From IMG/VR virus record IMGVR_UViG_3300032753_001573, positions 91,689 through 155,688 of that record: a DNA stretch of 64,000 bases. The stretch is one strand, 5' to 3'. The translations under genes and the position numbers were made by a program. Below, one piece after another: positions 19,480-28,881 of the stretch; position 1 is the first letter of the stretch, and each line of letters opens with the position of its first letter. Below the pieces are notes generated by a model. That model saw only the letters and a list, made by a program, of their open reading frames with translations, was not told where the DNA came from and did no database searches. Source of the stretch: a virus.

Positions 19480-19697
19480 GCCCGCCAGTTTGTACTAAAT
19501 GTAAGGTTATTGGCGTTGTAACACCAAAAGATGATCCTCGATACGGTGCTACAGTGCCGTGGGGTGCAAGTTATTGGCATTGTCCAATTTGCGATACGCC
19601 AAAATTAGACAATCATCTATGGGAGTATCCTCAAGAACAACAAGATGAGATTGAGGGCAATACACTATTTTTGAAATTTATGAAAGGTATAGAATGA
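19470..19697 (+). CDS. zinc-finger protein, paralogue B
   Basis: CTKC...CPICD...FLKFMKG. Confidence 0.7.
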   Translation: MGLGPPVCTKCKVIGVVTPKDDPRYGATVPWGASYWHCPICDTPKLDNHLWEYPQEQQDEIEGNTLFLKFMKGIE

Positions 19698-20344
19698 ATA
19701 TAATCCTATGCGTACCGGGTAAGCAATTTTCAGATAATTGGATACACAGTTGGAACGACACTATATCTGCTATCAGCAAGGCGGGGCACACATGGGGTTA
19801 TAGCATGGCGTATGATCCTGTTGTATATTATGCTCGTAACAGAGTGCTAGGTGGCAACAACACTGCAGGTAAATCGCAATATCCGTTTCAAGGTACAGCC
19901 AACTATGATTACATGATGTGGATAGATAGTGATATGGTATGGCGAGGAGAAGATGTACTGAAGTTAATCAACTTAGATAAGCCAATTGCGTCTGGTTGTT
20001 ATGTTATGCAAAACAACAACCAATATCCTATCGTAGAGACTTTAGATTATGATAAGTTAGCTACGCAAGGTACATTTGAATTTATGAGTCGATCTGATCT
20101 AGCTGCTAAAACATCGCCCTTCAAAGCTAGCTATGTTGGATTTGGATTTGTAGCTATCAAGAAGGGTGTTTTTGAAACTATGGAATATCCTTGGTTCCGT
20201 CCGCGATGGGTTGATTATAATAACTTCAGCGATTTCACTGCAGAGGATGTTGGATTCTGTTGGACAGCTCAAGAAAAAGGACATGCTATTTGGGTTGATC
20301 CTTCTGTTAAAGTAGGACATGAAAAGTTCATGGTATTGGGATGA
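19694..20344 (+). CDS. GT-A fold glycosyltransferase-like protein
   Basis: YYARN, WIDSD, GFGFVAIK..VFE...YPWF, AEDVGFC, VGHEK. Confidence 0.8.
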   Translation: MNIILCVPGKQFSDNWIHSWNDTISAISKAGHTWGYSMAYDPVVYYARNRVLGGNNTAGKSQYPFQGTANYDYMMWIDSDMVWRGEDVLKLINLDKPIASGCYVMQNNNQYPIVETLDYDKLATQGTFEFMSRSDLAAKTSPFKASYVGFGFVAIKKGVFETMEYPWFRPRWVDYNNFSDFTAEDVGFCWTAQEKGHAIWVDPSVKVGHEKFMVLG

Positions 20345-20625
20345 TCAAAACAGTAAACAGATTCTTTTCTCTGAGTTATAGCAGTGATAAAGTAGCATTT
20401 TACTTAGAGATGCTCAATTTTACTGTGAGTGTGATAGCTAGTATGTGGTTAGCTATTACAGCCAATCATCCTGACATGCGTATTATCTATCCCATCTACT
20501 TAGTAGGTAGTGTAGCGCAGACTTATGCTAGCTATCGACGACAGGCTATTTGGGTTATGATGCTTACAGCATACTTTAGCTTCACTAATATACTTGGTTT
20601 AGTTAGAGCATTAAATTGGCTATAA
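20341..20625 (+). CDS. small membrane protein (about 3 TM)
   Basis: Hydrophobic helices; translational coupling. Confidence 0.7.
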   Translation: MIKTVNRFFSLSYSSDKVAFYLEMLNFTVSVIASMWLAITANHPDMRIIYPIYLVGSVAQTYASYRRQAIWVMMLTAYFSFTNILGLVRALNWL

Positions 20626-20664
20626 ATTTATAACTTTTAAAAATTATTCAAAGAGGAATATGCA

Positions 20665-21192
20665 ATGGCAGAAAAGATAATGATAATTAGGCATGGAGAA
20701 AAACCTGCCAAACATCAAAAAGGCATACTGTCTACAGGTCAAAAAAGCCTAGACAGTCTTACAGTTCGAGGCTGGCAAAGAGCGGGAGCATTGGCACAGA
20801 TATTTTCTCATTCCAACGGTGGTATAGAACCCCCAACTAAATTGTTTGCCTGTTATAAGTCGAAACATGCTCAACGAGCATTGGATACTATTACGCCATT
20901 GGGAGAATTGCTGGGCATACATGTTAACACAGATATACCAAGAGATTCTGAAAAAGAAATGGCTAGAGTTGCTATGAATTCAGAAGGTATTGTATTGATT
21001 GCATGGGAACATAAATGCATACACAAGATAGCCAATCACATAGTTGATAAAAGGCACGTTCCGCAAAAATGGCCAAATGATAGATTTGATATGATATATG
21101 TTTTTGATCGCCAATTAAACGGCGAATATGTTTTCTATCAAGTGCCTCAACTAGCACTCAAAGGTGACTCATCAACGATATTCAAAATATGA
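20665..21192 (+). CDS. histidine phosphatase superfamily protein
   Basis: IIRHGEKP, R...T..PL, LIAWEH. Confidence 0.85.
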   Translation: MAEKIMIIRHGEKPAKHQKGILSTGQKSLDSLTVRGWQRAGALAQIFSHSNGGIEPPTKLFACYKSKHAQRALDTITPLGELLGIHVNTDIPRDSEKEMARVAMNSEGIVLIAWEHKCIHKIANHIVDKRHVPQKWPNDRFDMIYVFDRQLNGEYVFYQVPQLALKGDSSTIFKI

Positions 21193-21253
21193 TATCGTTG
21201 ATGCAAGTCCCGTAGGTTACAAACTCCCACTCTTCTACTGTGTAAATTGCCAT
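21182..21253 (-). CDS. 23-aa microprotein candidate
   Basis: GGAG RBS; MAIYTVEEWEFVTYGTCINDIIF*; last ORF of the minus-strand mini-operon. Confidence 0.35.
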   Translation of the reverse strand: MAIYTVEEWEFVTYGTCINDIIF

Positions 21254-21256
21254 GTG

Positions 21257-21421
21257 TTATCTCCAATTTAGCTGATGGTGTCTTTCCCATTCTCTCTCTA
21301 GTGCTTCTAAATGTACTCTGTCTTGTGCCTGAGATAGGAATTCATACATAGCCTTCTGATGGCGTTCTATCTTTGCTTCTGTACTGAAATGGTACAAAAT
21401 CTTCTTAATCCATGAAATCAT
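21257..21421 (-). CDS. 54-aa DUF3563-like protein (below the ORF-track cutoff)
   Basis: AAGGAG RBS; MISWIKKIL...YEFLSQAQDRVHLEALEREWER resembles the YL+QA.D..DLE.R.R pattern. Confidence 0.65.
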   Translation of the reverse strand: MISWIKKILYHFSTEAKIERHQKAMYEFLSQAQDRVHLEALEREWERHHQLNWR

Positions 21422-21477
21422 TTCATAGTCTCCTTTGTGTTAGGGCTGCAATTTTTATGCAGCCCTTTGAGTAATAA

Positions 21478-21771
21478 TTACTTGTTCCAGTTGTTAACAG
21501 AACCGGCCCAATTTGCCCAAGTCTTAGCAACTGTGTCGTTTAGCTGGCGAACCTGCTCAGCAAAGTTTGATAAACCATACTGCTTGGCTATCTTGGTGTT
21601 TGCCTCAGTTACAGCTTCTCCAAAGCTTACAAAATCCTTCAAAGTCTTGCTGCTAGCCTCTGTGAGGTTATAGGTTAGCTTGCGATTGAACTCGGTAGCG
21701 GCTTCGCCAATTGCCTTGAGATTGAAGACATCTTCCTGTGTCTCTGTTGTGGTATCTGTAGTCTTGGTCAT
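21478..21771 (-). CDS. phasin-like amphipathic helical protein
   Basis: 97 aa, Ala/Thr-rich, helical-looking, no Cys or Pro; GAGGAG RBS; TGC-N3-GCA palindromes upstream. Confidence 0.5.
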   Translation of the reverse strand: MTKTTDTTTETQEDVFNLKAIGEAATEFNRKLTYNLTEASSKTLKDFVSFGEAVTEANTKIAKQYGLSNFAEQVRQLNDTVAKTWANWAGSVNNWNK

Positions 21772-21826
21772 GTTAAGTCTCCTCGATAATTGAGCAGTGG
21801 GTTCTTCCCACGCTTATAGTGTATGG

Positions 21827-21866
21827 TATTTATTGTTGCAGTGCAACATAAATTGTGCATCGCACA
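21827..21866. promoter_or_regulatory. TAAATA late-type promoter (minus strand) with two PhaR-box-like palindromes
   Basis: TATTTA at 21827-21832; TGTTGCA-G-TGCAACA at 21834-21848; TGTGC-ATC-GCACA at 21854-21866. Confidence 0.6.
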
Positions 21867-21904
21867 TGCATTGACAGCATACCAGGTGTGTTGTAATATG
21901 TGTT

Positions 21905-22252
21905 ATGGAACAGGAAGAGATTGAGAAACATATCTATCAACTTAATCAGAGCATAAGATCTCTGTACAAATTTGAAATAAACAAAAAAGCCAAGAACCAT
22001 AGTAACTATTATGAATGGCAAACTTGTATAGATGAGTTAGGAGCAAAAGTCTTAATCTCTATGAAGAGTGGGCTTCCTCATAACGAGTGGATGATAATTT
22101 CACATCCAAATTATAAAGTATATTTTCATAGAACATGGCCTGATTATGATAAAACTGGCGCCGATAGAATACTTGGCAGTTTGAAATTTAGTTGGGTAGG
22201 AGATATGAATCTGATGAAGCAGCACAGCATTTTTATGCAACTAAAAAACTAA
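21905..22252 (+). CDS. hypothetical protein
   Basis: TTGACA-N17-TAATAT at 21871-21899; ATG 5 nt later. Confidence 0.6.
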   Translation: MEQEEIEKHIYQLNQSIRSLYKFEINKKAKNHSNYYEWQTCIDELGAKVLISMKSGLPHNEWMIISHPNYKVYFHRTWPDYDKTGADRILGSLKFSWVGDMNLMKQHSIFMQLKN

Positions 22253-22260
22253 AAATATTT

Positions 22261-22653
22261 TTATAAATTGTTACGTTGTTTTAAGTGTACTCTAAAGCTA
22301 CCTGCAGGACCATTCTTTCGACCTAGAGGTTCCCATTCTCTAATAGTTTTTGTAGCTCTGCACCAACTTTCAAATTCTCTAGCTATTTGGCCGCTTTTGC
22401 CAGTTATGACCACAACACTCTTGTCGCCATTCTTGTGATGCTGATCTATAAACTCTTTGAATCGCAGCCACGCTTCGTTTACAGGAAATCCGTGCAGATC
22501 CAGCTTGCGAGTAGTAACTTCGCTATAGGTATATTTTGGTATGAACGTGTCTCTGATATCTCGCAAATGAGATATATACCGTTGCCACATATCTCGATCT
22601 CTAGGATTAAGGGTATCTGAGGACTCGTTCATTGAATATACCTTGTGTTGCAT
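22261..22653 (-). CDS. Smr (small MutS-related) domain protein
   Basis: KLDLHG..V.EA...F..FI, VVVITGKSG, G.F.V.LK. Confidence 0.88.
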   Translation of the reverse strand: MQHKVYSMNESSDTLNPRDRDMWQRYISHLRDIRDTFIPKYTYSEVTTRKLDLHGFPVNEAWLRFKEFIDQHHKNGDKSVVVITGKSGQIAREFESWCRATKTIREWEPLGRKNGPAGSFRVHLKQRNNL

Positions 22654-22666
22654 CTATAAATAATAG

Positions 22667-23095
22667 ATGCAGATGAGAGAATTAATCAAGATACTAGAAC
22701 AAGTAAATGATAGCAGTAACAAAATAACACGTTCTGCATTCATATACCTGCCTCCAAAAACCCCCAAAGACAAATTCGCACAATGCAGTACCTGCCAATT
22801 GTTTTTACCAAATGCACAACGTTGCGGAATTTTTGGTAAGAGTGATGTTGTAAAGGCATCTGCATCTTGCGGATTATATCTACATGGCAAACCGCATGAT
22901 GATCAACCAATACAAGACATTGTCACACCAGAACAAGCAGGATATGTTGATCATGCTGTTAGATGTGAAAATTGCAGTTGGTACAAAGATCGGCAATGCG
23001 ATCTATTCAAACTGTTGAATAGCAAAATACCAGATGCATTTGATTGCGATCCAAACGTTGAACCACAGGCTTGTTGCAATGCCTGGCAAGAATGA
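22667..23095 (+). CDS. Cys-rich protein with two HiPIP-like repeats
   Basis: CSTCQLF..C...V....SC..Y and CENCSWY..C...V....CC.AW. Confidence 0.55.
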   Translation: MQMRELIKILEQVNDSSNKITRSAFIYLPPKTPKDKFAQCSTCQLFLPNAQRCGIFGKSDVVKASASCGLYLHGKPHDDQPIQDIVTPEQAGYVDHAVRCENCSWYKDRQCDLFKLLNSKIPDAFDCDPNVEPQACCNAWQE

Positions 23096-23132
23096 CATTT
23101 GTATAATTTCAATATTTGAACTATAATATAAG

Positions 23133-23183
23133 AGAGGACACGACACTCAACCCTCATAAAATATTCTGGTGTCATCTTAGGAG
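23133..23183 (+). promoter_or_regulatory. candidate preQ1-I-like pseudoknot riboswitch
   Basis: GAGG/CCTC stem, A-rich ATAAAATA tail, loop GACAC pairs with GTGTC next to AGGAG; behind TTGTAT-N17-TATAAT; upstream of the queD operon. Confidence 0.45.
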
Positions 23184-23190
23184 AACATAG

Positions 23191-23370
23191 ATGGCAAAAA
23201 TCATTATAACAACTGATTCAGGTAAGACTTTTACAGTTGACACCCTAGACAAATATTTGATGGATACAAGTGATCTTGGATTGCAGTCTACAATTGAGTT
23301 GTTTAAAATTATAGCAGAAGAAGTAGCAGCATTACATAATGCTGAAAAAGATTCTGTGGGAGTTAAGTGA
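23191..23370 (+). CDS. 59-aa hypothetical protein coupled to queD (below the ORF-track cutoff)
   Basis: AGGAG RBS; MAKIIITTDSGKTF...; TGATG overlap with queD. Confidence 0.65.
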   Translation: MAKIIITTDSGKTFTVDTLDKYLMDTSDLGLQSTIELFKIIAEEVAALHNAEKDSVGVK

Positions 23371-23840
23371 TGGCCAAGTACGTATCGACAAAAACTTACA
23401 AGCAGCTAGGACCAGTAGCATATAGGCAGTGGCGTGCAGACAGTCATTGTAATCAGATCCATGGATATGCACTCAGCTTCCATTTTGAGTTTGAATCAGA
23501 TACACTTGATGTTAGAAACTGGGTAATGGATTTTGGTGGATTAAAGCCATTGAAGAGTTTGTTAGAAGATTGGTTTGACCATACTCTACTAGTAGCAGCC
23601 GATGATCCACAGCGCGAACACCTGCTCAATCTAGGCAAGCTTGGGCTAGCTAAAATTACAGAAGTAGAAAAGACTGGATGCGAAGGGCTAGCAGATTTCC
23701 TCTATGAATATGTAAACACTATATTTTTGCCAAATTACGGTGAGAAAGATCGCATATGGTGTAGCAGAGTTGAAGTAAGAGAGACTGATGCCAACATGGC
23801 CATGAGGATCGGCCATAGAGAAGATCGAGAATTTGATTAA
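23370..23840 (+). CDS. queD: 6-carboxy-tetrahydropterin synthase / PTPS family
   Basis: HCNQIHGY, WVMDFGGLK, FDHTLL, GCEGLA, VEVRET. Confidence 0.88.
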   Translation: MAKYVSTKTYKQLGPVAYRQWRADSHCNQIHGYALSFHFEFESDTLDVRNWVMDFGGLKPLKSLLEDWFDHTLLVAADDPQREHLLNLGKLGLAKITEVEKTGCEGLADFLYEYVNTIFLPNYGEKDRIWCSRVEVRETDANMAMRIGHREDREFD

Positions 23841-24069
23841 ATTAAACGTTTACCATCTAAAATACTGATAAAATAATATATGCCCGGCTAATATTATGCG
23901 CGGGTATATATTTCTGCGTCACTGTCTTAAATACAGTTGATGTCGAACGTGAAGGACTATAAAACGCCGCAATATTTATATAATTTTCCAATGATATCAA
24001 CAAGATATTTTTGTAATATTGACAGGCAGTCCTGCGCAGTATAAAACGTAAAAAAAGGAAGATTTAAGC

Positions 24070-24603
24070 ATGATAAAATTGATGAACGTTGCAGCCATCT
24101 GCACCTTATTATTAACTGCCGCTGCTAGTGCAGCTGGTTATGATAGCGAATTGGAGGCATTGAACAAGAGATTTGTCGTTACTGATCCAGAAATTGCAAA
24201 TGCCGATGCGTCGTCTAAAAGACAGATGACTTGCATTGCTCTAAATGTTTATTTTGAATCTAGAGGTACAATTGAACGACAGCAAGAAGGTGTAGCTTGG
24301 GTAGTCAAGAATAGATCTAAGTCAAATAAGTTTGCAGGATCAAATATGTGTGATGTAGTATTTCAGAGAATGGGAGGATTTCCGCAATTTGCATGGATCG
24401 CACATCCAAGTAAGGGATATGAATCTGGATCTTGGAAGCAAGCCCAGGCTATTGCAAAAGGTGTATTTTATGATAGAATACCGGATCCAACCCACGGCGC
24501 ATTAAGTTTTCATGAAGTTAATCTTCCTGCAAAGTTTAGGAAATATGACAGAGGCGGATTGAGAATTGGAAGCCACGTATTCTATAACATAGCTGCTAAA
24601 TAG
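24070..24603 (+). CDS. cell wall hydrolase (SleB / Hydrolase_2)
   Basis: Signal peptide; CIALNVYFESRG, V..VVKNR, QFAW, DPTHGALSFH, IGSHVFY. Confidence 0.9.
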   Translation: MIKLMNVAAICTLLLTAAASAAGYDSELEALNKRFVVTDPEIANADASSKRQMTCIALNVYFESRGTIERQQEGVAWVVKNRSKSNKFAGSNMCDVVFQRMGGFPQFAWIAHPSKGYESGSWKQAQAIAKGVFYDRIPDPTHGALSFHEVNLPAKFRKYDRGGLRIGSHVFYNIAAK

Positions 24604-24632
24604 TTGGCAATTATCATCGAGGAATAAAGCCA

Positions 24633-25772
24633 ATGAGCATTTATCAGCCAATACCAACTTATTACAGAGTTACCTGGACAGCAAATAGCCCAACCGACTA
24701 TACTGGTACAGGAGGTGTAACTCCATTCGGCAGTGTGCAGATGAATAACACTGTAGCAATCACTAGCACTGCTAGCAATCCCACTATGACCAACGGCGAC
24801 ATTATCATGTGCAACGATACTATGATAGGTCCGTTCACTGGTTCTAGCGGTTTAAGTGATGTGATTAACGCTTTCAACGCTATGACACAGTTTACAGGTG
24901 TAATGGCATCACAAGACTTCACTGGTTATCTAACTCTGCAGAGCATTGATCCAGTGAGCGCATTTATCAGTCTCAGCAACTTCAGTGGTACACCGCTAAC
25001 CACTTTGGGATTGCCAGATGGTGGATATGGTTTAGGTAATCCAATCTACGGCGGTAGTTTCTCAAGTCCAAATAATAATGATAATGTTGTTATTAACGGA
25101 ACAACTGTTACCTTTGTTACCGGTTCACTGACTATAGCTGGTGTGATACGCACTATCAACAGTTACACGGCAAGCACCAATGTTGCTGCTATACAATTTG
25201 GTAACAGAATACAACTTAACAGTCTAGATGGAGATCCAATATACTTTGGTGCAGGATCATCCGGAACCAGTGCTGCTATAGGATTTGCCGATAATACAGC
25301 ATACGGCGGCAACATGACTCTAGCACAAGCTGTTGCGATAGATCAAGGTAGGCTTCGTTGGAAAGGTATGGTAGATACCGTTGAAACCACTCTTACACCA
25401 GTCTATTGGGATTCTATTGCTATGACAGGTAGTACTACAGACGGCGACAGTTTACCAACTACGCTTAGTTGGACTATAGGTGTCAGTCATCCAGAACAGT
25501 TGGTAACAGCTACTCTTGCAGGCGAGCCAGAAACAGTTGGCACTATGCTGTATGGTACTGCTGCATTGACTCGTATGCTAGCTAGAGCATTAACTGGTAC
25601 TTGGTCTGAGAATAGGAAGGTATATAACAATACTTTAACTGTAAGGGGTGCGTATGCTCTTAGAGAGAATCCCATAATCATACAGTTTGTCACAGCTGGT
25701 CCTCTTGATACTCCTGCCAATATACATAAAATAGAAGGCAACTTGGACGTTGAGTTGATACCAAATACTTGA
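24633..25772 (+). CDS. putative virion structural protein
   Basis: Gly/Thr/Asn-rich with an internally repeated domain; TAAATA at 24597 and a GAGG RBS. Confidence 0.65.
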   Translation: MSIYQPIPTYYRVTWTANSPTDYTGTGGVTPFGSVQMNNTVAITSTASNPTMTNGDIIMCNDTMIGPFTGSSGLSDVINAFNAMTQFTGVMASQDFTGYLTLQSIDPVSAFISLSNFSGTPLTTLGLPDGGYGLGNPIYGGSFSSPNNNDNVVINGTTVTFVTGSLTIAGVIRTINSYTASTNVAAIQFGNRIQLNSLDGDPIYFGAGSSGTSAAIGFADNTAYGGNMTLAQAVAIDQGRLRWKGMVDTVETTLTPVYWDSIAMTGSTTDGDSLPTTLSWTIGVSHPEQLVTATLAGEPETVGTMLYGTAALTRMLARALTGTWSENRKVYNNTLTVRGAYALRENPIIIQFVTAGPLDTPANIHKIEGNLDVELIPNT

Positions 25773-25821
25773 TGTATTGCTATCACATGTGGTATAATAG
25801 CATCATTGTGATTGGATAAAT

Positions 25822-27582
25822 TTGATGTTAACAACCATTTTGATGTTCATAGCTGCTGTTTGTCTAAGTGCTATAGCTGGTTATTACAGCGTAGTAGGAA
25901 TGACCAGCATCTTCAGTGGAGCACTAATTCCTATCATATTGATGACAGGAACACTAGAAGCTAGCAAACTGATAGTAGCTAGTTGGTTATCAAACAATTG
26001 GAACAAAACGCATCTAGTATTGAGGTCATATTTAACTGTAGCTGTTTTGATACTCATGTTTATAACCAGCATGGGTATATTTGGCTTCTTGAGTAAATCG
26101 CACCTAGAGCAAGCTGCTGCAGGTGCAGAGCAACAAGCTCAGATACAACGTATTAAGGAAGAAATTGATAGACAGAATTCTATAATATCTGCAGCCAAGC
26201 AGAAGTTGTCTAATCTAAGTGCCGACAGCTCAGCTGGCGATGTTGCTATCGATGAACGTATAGCACAGGCCAACAAGATAATTGACGATGCTAATCAACG
26301 TGCGCAACCTCAAATAGATGCTCAGCAGAAGATTATAGATCAAGAAAACTCTAAAATTGAATTGAGAGTTAAAAGTGTACAGACACAAATTGATGATATA
26401 GACAAGCAAGTTGCTACTTTAGATAGCATAGTCAAATCATTAGTAGATCAAGGTAAAACTGGACCTGCGCAATACAAGCAGCAGCAGCAAAAATCAGATA
26501 GAGACCGTCTAGCAAAGCAAAAAGCTGATTTGATAAAACAGATAGATGATATACGTAATGCTCCAGACGGCATAATCGATGCTGCAAAATCTGAAATCGC
26601 AAAGGTAAGATCCAGTGTTGATACTGAAGTTAAACAGGCTAAGGATACTATCAACAAAATGACTGCCCAACTTGGGCAGAATGTTGATACCAACAAAGTA
26701 CAGGTTGAATCTGATCAACTCAATGCCAAGATAAAAGAAGCCAACGATCAGTTAGATCAGTTAACAACTACAAAGTTTAAGTTAGAGAGTGATAATCGCA
26801 AACTGGAAGTAGAAGTTGGACCAATCAAATACATAGCCCAGATGATCTACGGAGACAGCATAGATCAGAACCTATTAGAACGGGCAGTTCGCTGGGTTAT
26901 TATGACACTGATATTTGTGTTTGATCCGCTTGCAGTGCTGATGTTGATAGCCGCTAATCAAAATATCGCCAGATGGAAAAAATCTAGATTAGGACCTAAT
27001 GAAAATGACGTTGATTTAGATCAAATTAAAGATATAAAAGAATCACAGCAGTTTGGTAACTCTTTAGCAATTGAAATAAATCTCAAAGAAGTATCGTATG
27101 AAACTGATGCCATTTTGGTTAATGAGATTGAAAAAGCTTTATCTGATATACATGAATCTAATGTAGAAATATTGGAAGATCTAACACCAATGGAATTTCC
27201 AAGTATTTCAACTGACATACAGAATTCTGCTGTCGATACACAAATTCAGGATGACAAATCTTCAAAAATAGTGTTTAATGATTTTGATGAGGAGCAGTCG
27301 AAGTATGTTACGATTGAGCAGCAAGAACCAACTGCAGCTGACGGATTTAAATCTCCGGTTGAACAGCAAATTGTCGAAGAGCTTTCGGTAGTTGTTGCGG
27401 ATACTGAACAAATACTTGCTAAATTACAGCAGGACCATGCTGATGAAAATTTACCACAATCAACCAATATTATTGAACAACAGACTGTTGAAGAACTATC
27501 TGTTGCTGTGGCAGACACTGAAAAATTACTTGCTAAACTACAGCAGGCACATGCAGATCGTATGAGGAAATATACTCCTTGA
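25822..27582 (+). CDS. membrane-anchored coiled-coil protein
   Basis: Three N-terminal TM segments (LMFITSMGIFGFLSKSH), long coiled coil, EVGPIKYIA, IFVFDPLAV TM, acidic tail with a duplicated 28-aa unit. Confidence 0.8.
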   Translation: MMLTTILMFIAAVCLSAIAGYYSVVGMTSIFSGALIPIILMTGTLEASKLIVASWLSNNWNKTHLVLRSYLTVAVLILMFITSMGIFGFLSKSHLEQAAAGAEQQAQIQRIKEEIDRQNSIISAAKQKLSNLSADSSAGDVAIDERIAQANKIIDDANQRAQPQIDAQQKIIDQENSKIELRVKSVQTQIDDIDKQVATLDSIVKSLVDQGKTGPAQYKQQQQKSDRDRLAKQKADLIKQIDDIRNAPDGIIDAAKSEIAKVRSSVDTEVKQAKDTINKMTAQLGQNVDTNKVQVESDQLNAKIKEANDQLDQLTTTKFKLESDNRKLEVEVGPIKYIAQMIYGDSIDQNLLERAVRWVIMTLIFVFDPLAVLMLIAANQNIARWKKSRLGPNENDVDLDQIKDIKESQQFGNSLAIEINLKEVSYETDAILVNEIEKALSDIHESNVEILEDLTPMEFPSISTDIQNSAVDTQIQDDKSSKIVFNDFDEEQSKYVTIEQQEPTAADGFKSPVEQQIVEELSVVVADTEQILAKLQQDHADENLPQSTNIIEQQTVEELSVAVADTEKLLAKLQQAHADRMRKYTP

Positions 27583-27615
27583 CCTCTTTGATCAATAAAT
27601 AGAAATTATAGGAAA

Positions 27616-28881
27616 ATGAATATGGCAGGACAGAACAAGATCCTACGTCAATGCAGCTTCTGCGGCAAAAACCAGCTACAAGTGCAGAAACTAATCAATG
27701 GCAATGATGTGTATATTTGCAATGAATGTGTAGATCTTTGTCACAGCATATTGTCGCAGGATGACGACTCAAAGCCGTCAAAGACTGACAAACGTATGAT
27801 ACCAGAGGTTATCAAATCCTATTTGGATGAAAGAGTAATAGGCCAAGATACAGCAAAGACTATATTGAGTGTAGCAATTTACAACCACCTACAAAGGGTA
27901 GAGAATCCTATTGTAGACGGAGTAGAATTAGATAAGAGCAACCTATTGTTCATTGGACCCAGTGGTAGTGGTAAGACTTATTTGATACAAAATGTCAGTA
28001 AGCTACTTGATATTCCTTTTGTAATTATCGATGCTACCAGTCTAACTGAAAGTGGTTATGTTGGATTAGATGTTGAGGATTGTATAGCACGTTTATATCA
28101 AGCATCAGGTGGGGATATTGATAAAACTCAGCGTGGCATTGTTTATATAGACGAGATTGACAAGAAAGGTCGTAAAGGAGAGAACGCTAGTATTACTCGC
28201 GATGTAAGCGGCGAGGGTGTGCAGCAAGCTCTTCTGAAAATGATCGAAGGTTGCGAAGTCAAAGTGCCTCCGCAGGGAGGTCGCAAGAATCCTCACGGCG
28301 AATATGTAACAGTGGATACCAAAAACATCTTGTTTATATTGGGCGGAGCGTTTGTTGGTATTGAAGATGTTGTTAGCAAGCGTCTAGATACCAATAACAC
28401 TGGTATAGGATTTATGGCCACAATGCCTGGTGATAAACCAGACCCAGAACAAGTTCGCAAGATGATGAGGTCTGTAAAACATGAGGATGTAGCTAAGTTT
28501 GGTTTGATTCCAGAATTAATTGGACGTCTACCAATTATTGTTCCGTTTGATCACCTAAAAGAAGAGGATTTGATCAGAATTCTAACAGAGCCTAAGAATG
28601 CTGTAGTCAAGCAATTCCAAAAACAATTTGAACTTGATAATGTTAGGTTAGAGTTTAGGGATGCTGCATTGAAAGCGATAGCAGAACAAGCTATCGAAAA
28701 GAAAACTGGTGCTCGAGGATTGCGTAGCATCATAGAGAACATCCTGTTGCCCGCGCAGTTTGAATTACCGTCTCTGCAGGACAAGGGTGTAAGTACCGTG
28801 GTGGTCACGGAAAGCTGCGTCACTGATGGTCAGGACCCAGTTAAAATTTACAGGAGTGAAACAGAAGTTGCCAATAATTAA
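27616..28881 (+). CDS. clpX: ATP-dependent Clp protease ATP-binding subunit ClpX
   Basis: CSFCGK zinc domain, [12 protein letters not shown] pore loop, [27 protein letters not shown] loop, GARGLR. Confidence 0.97.
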   Translation: MNMAGQNKILRQCSFCGKNQLQVQKLINGNDVYICNECVDLCHSILSQDDDSKPSKTDKRMIPEVIKSYLDERVIGQDTAKTILSVAIYNHLQRVENPIVDGVELDKSNLLFIGPSGSGKTYLIQNVSKLLDIPFVIIDATSLTESGYVGLDVEDCIARLYQASGGDIDKTQRGIVYIDEIDKKGRKGENASITRDVSGEGVQQALLKMIEGCEVKVPPQGGRKNPHGEYVTVDTKNILFILGGAFVGIEDVVSKRLDTNNTGIGFMATMPGDKPDPEQVRKMMRSVKHEDVAKFGLIPELIGRLPIIVPFDHLKEEDLIRILTEPKNAVVKQFQKQFELDNVRLEFRDAALKAIAEQAIEKKTGARGLRSIIENILLPAQFELPSLQDKGVSTVVVTESCVTDGQDPVKIYRSETEVANN

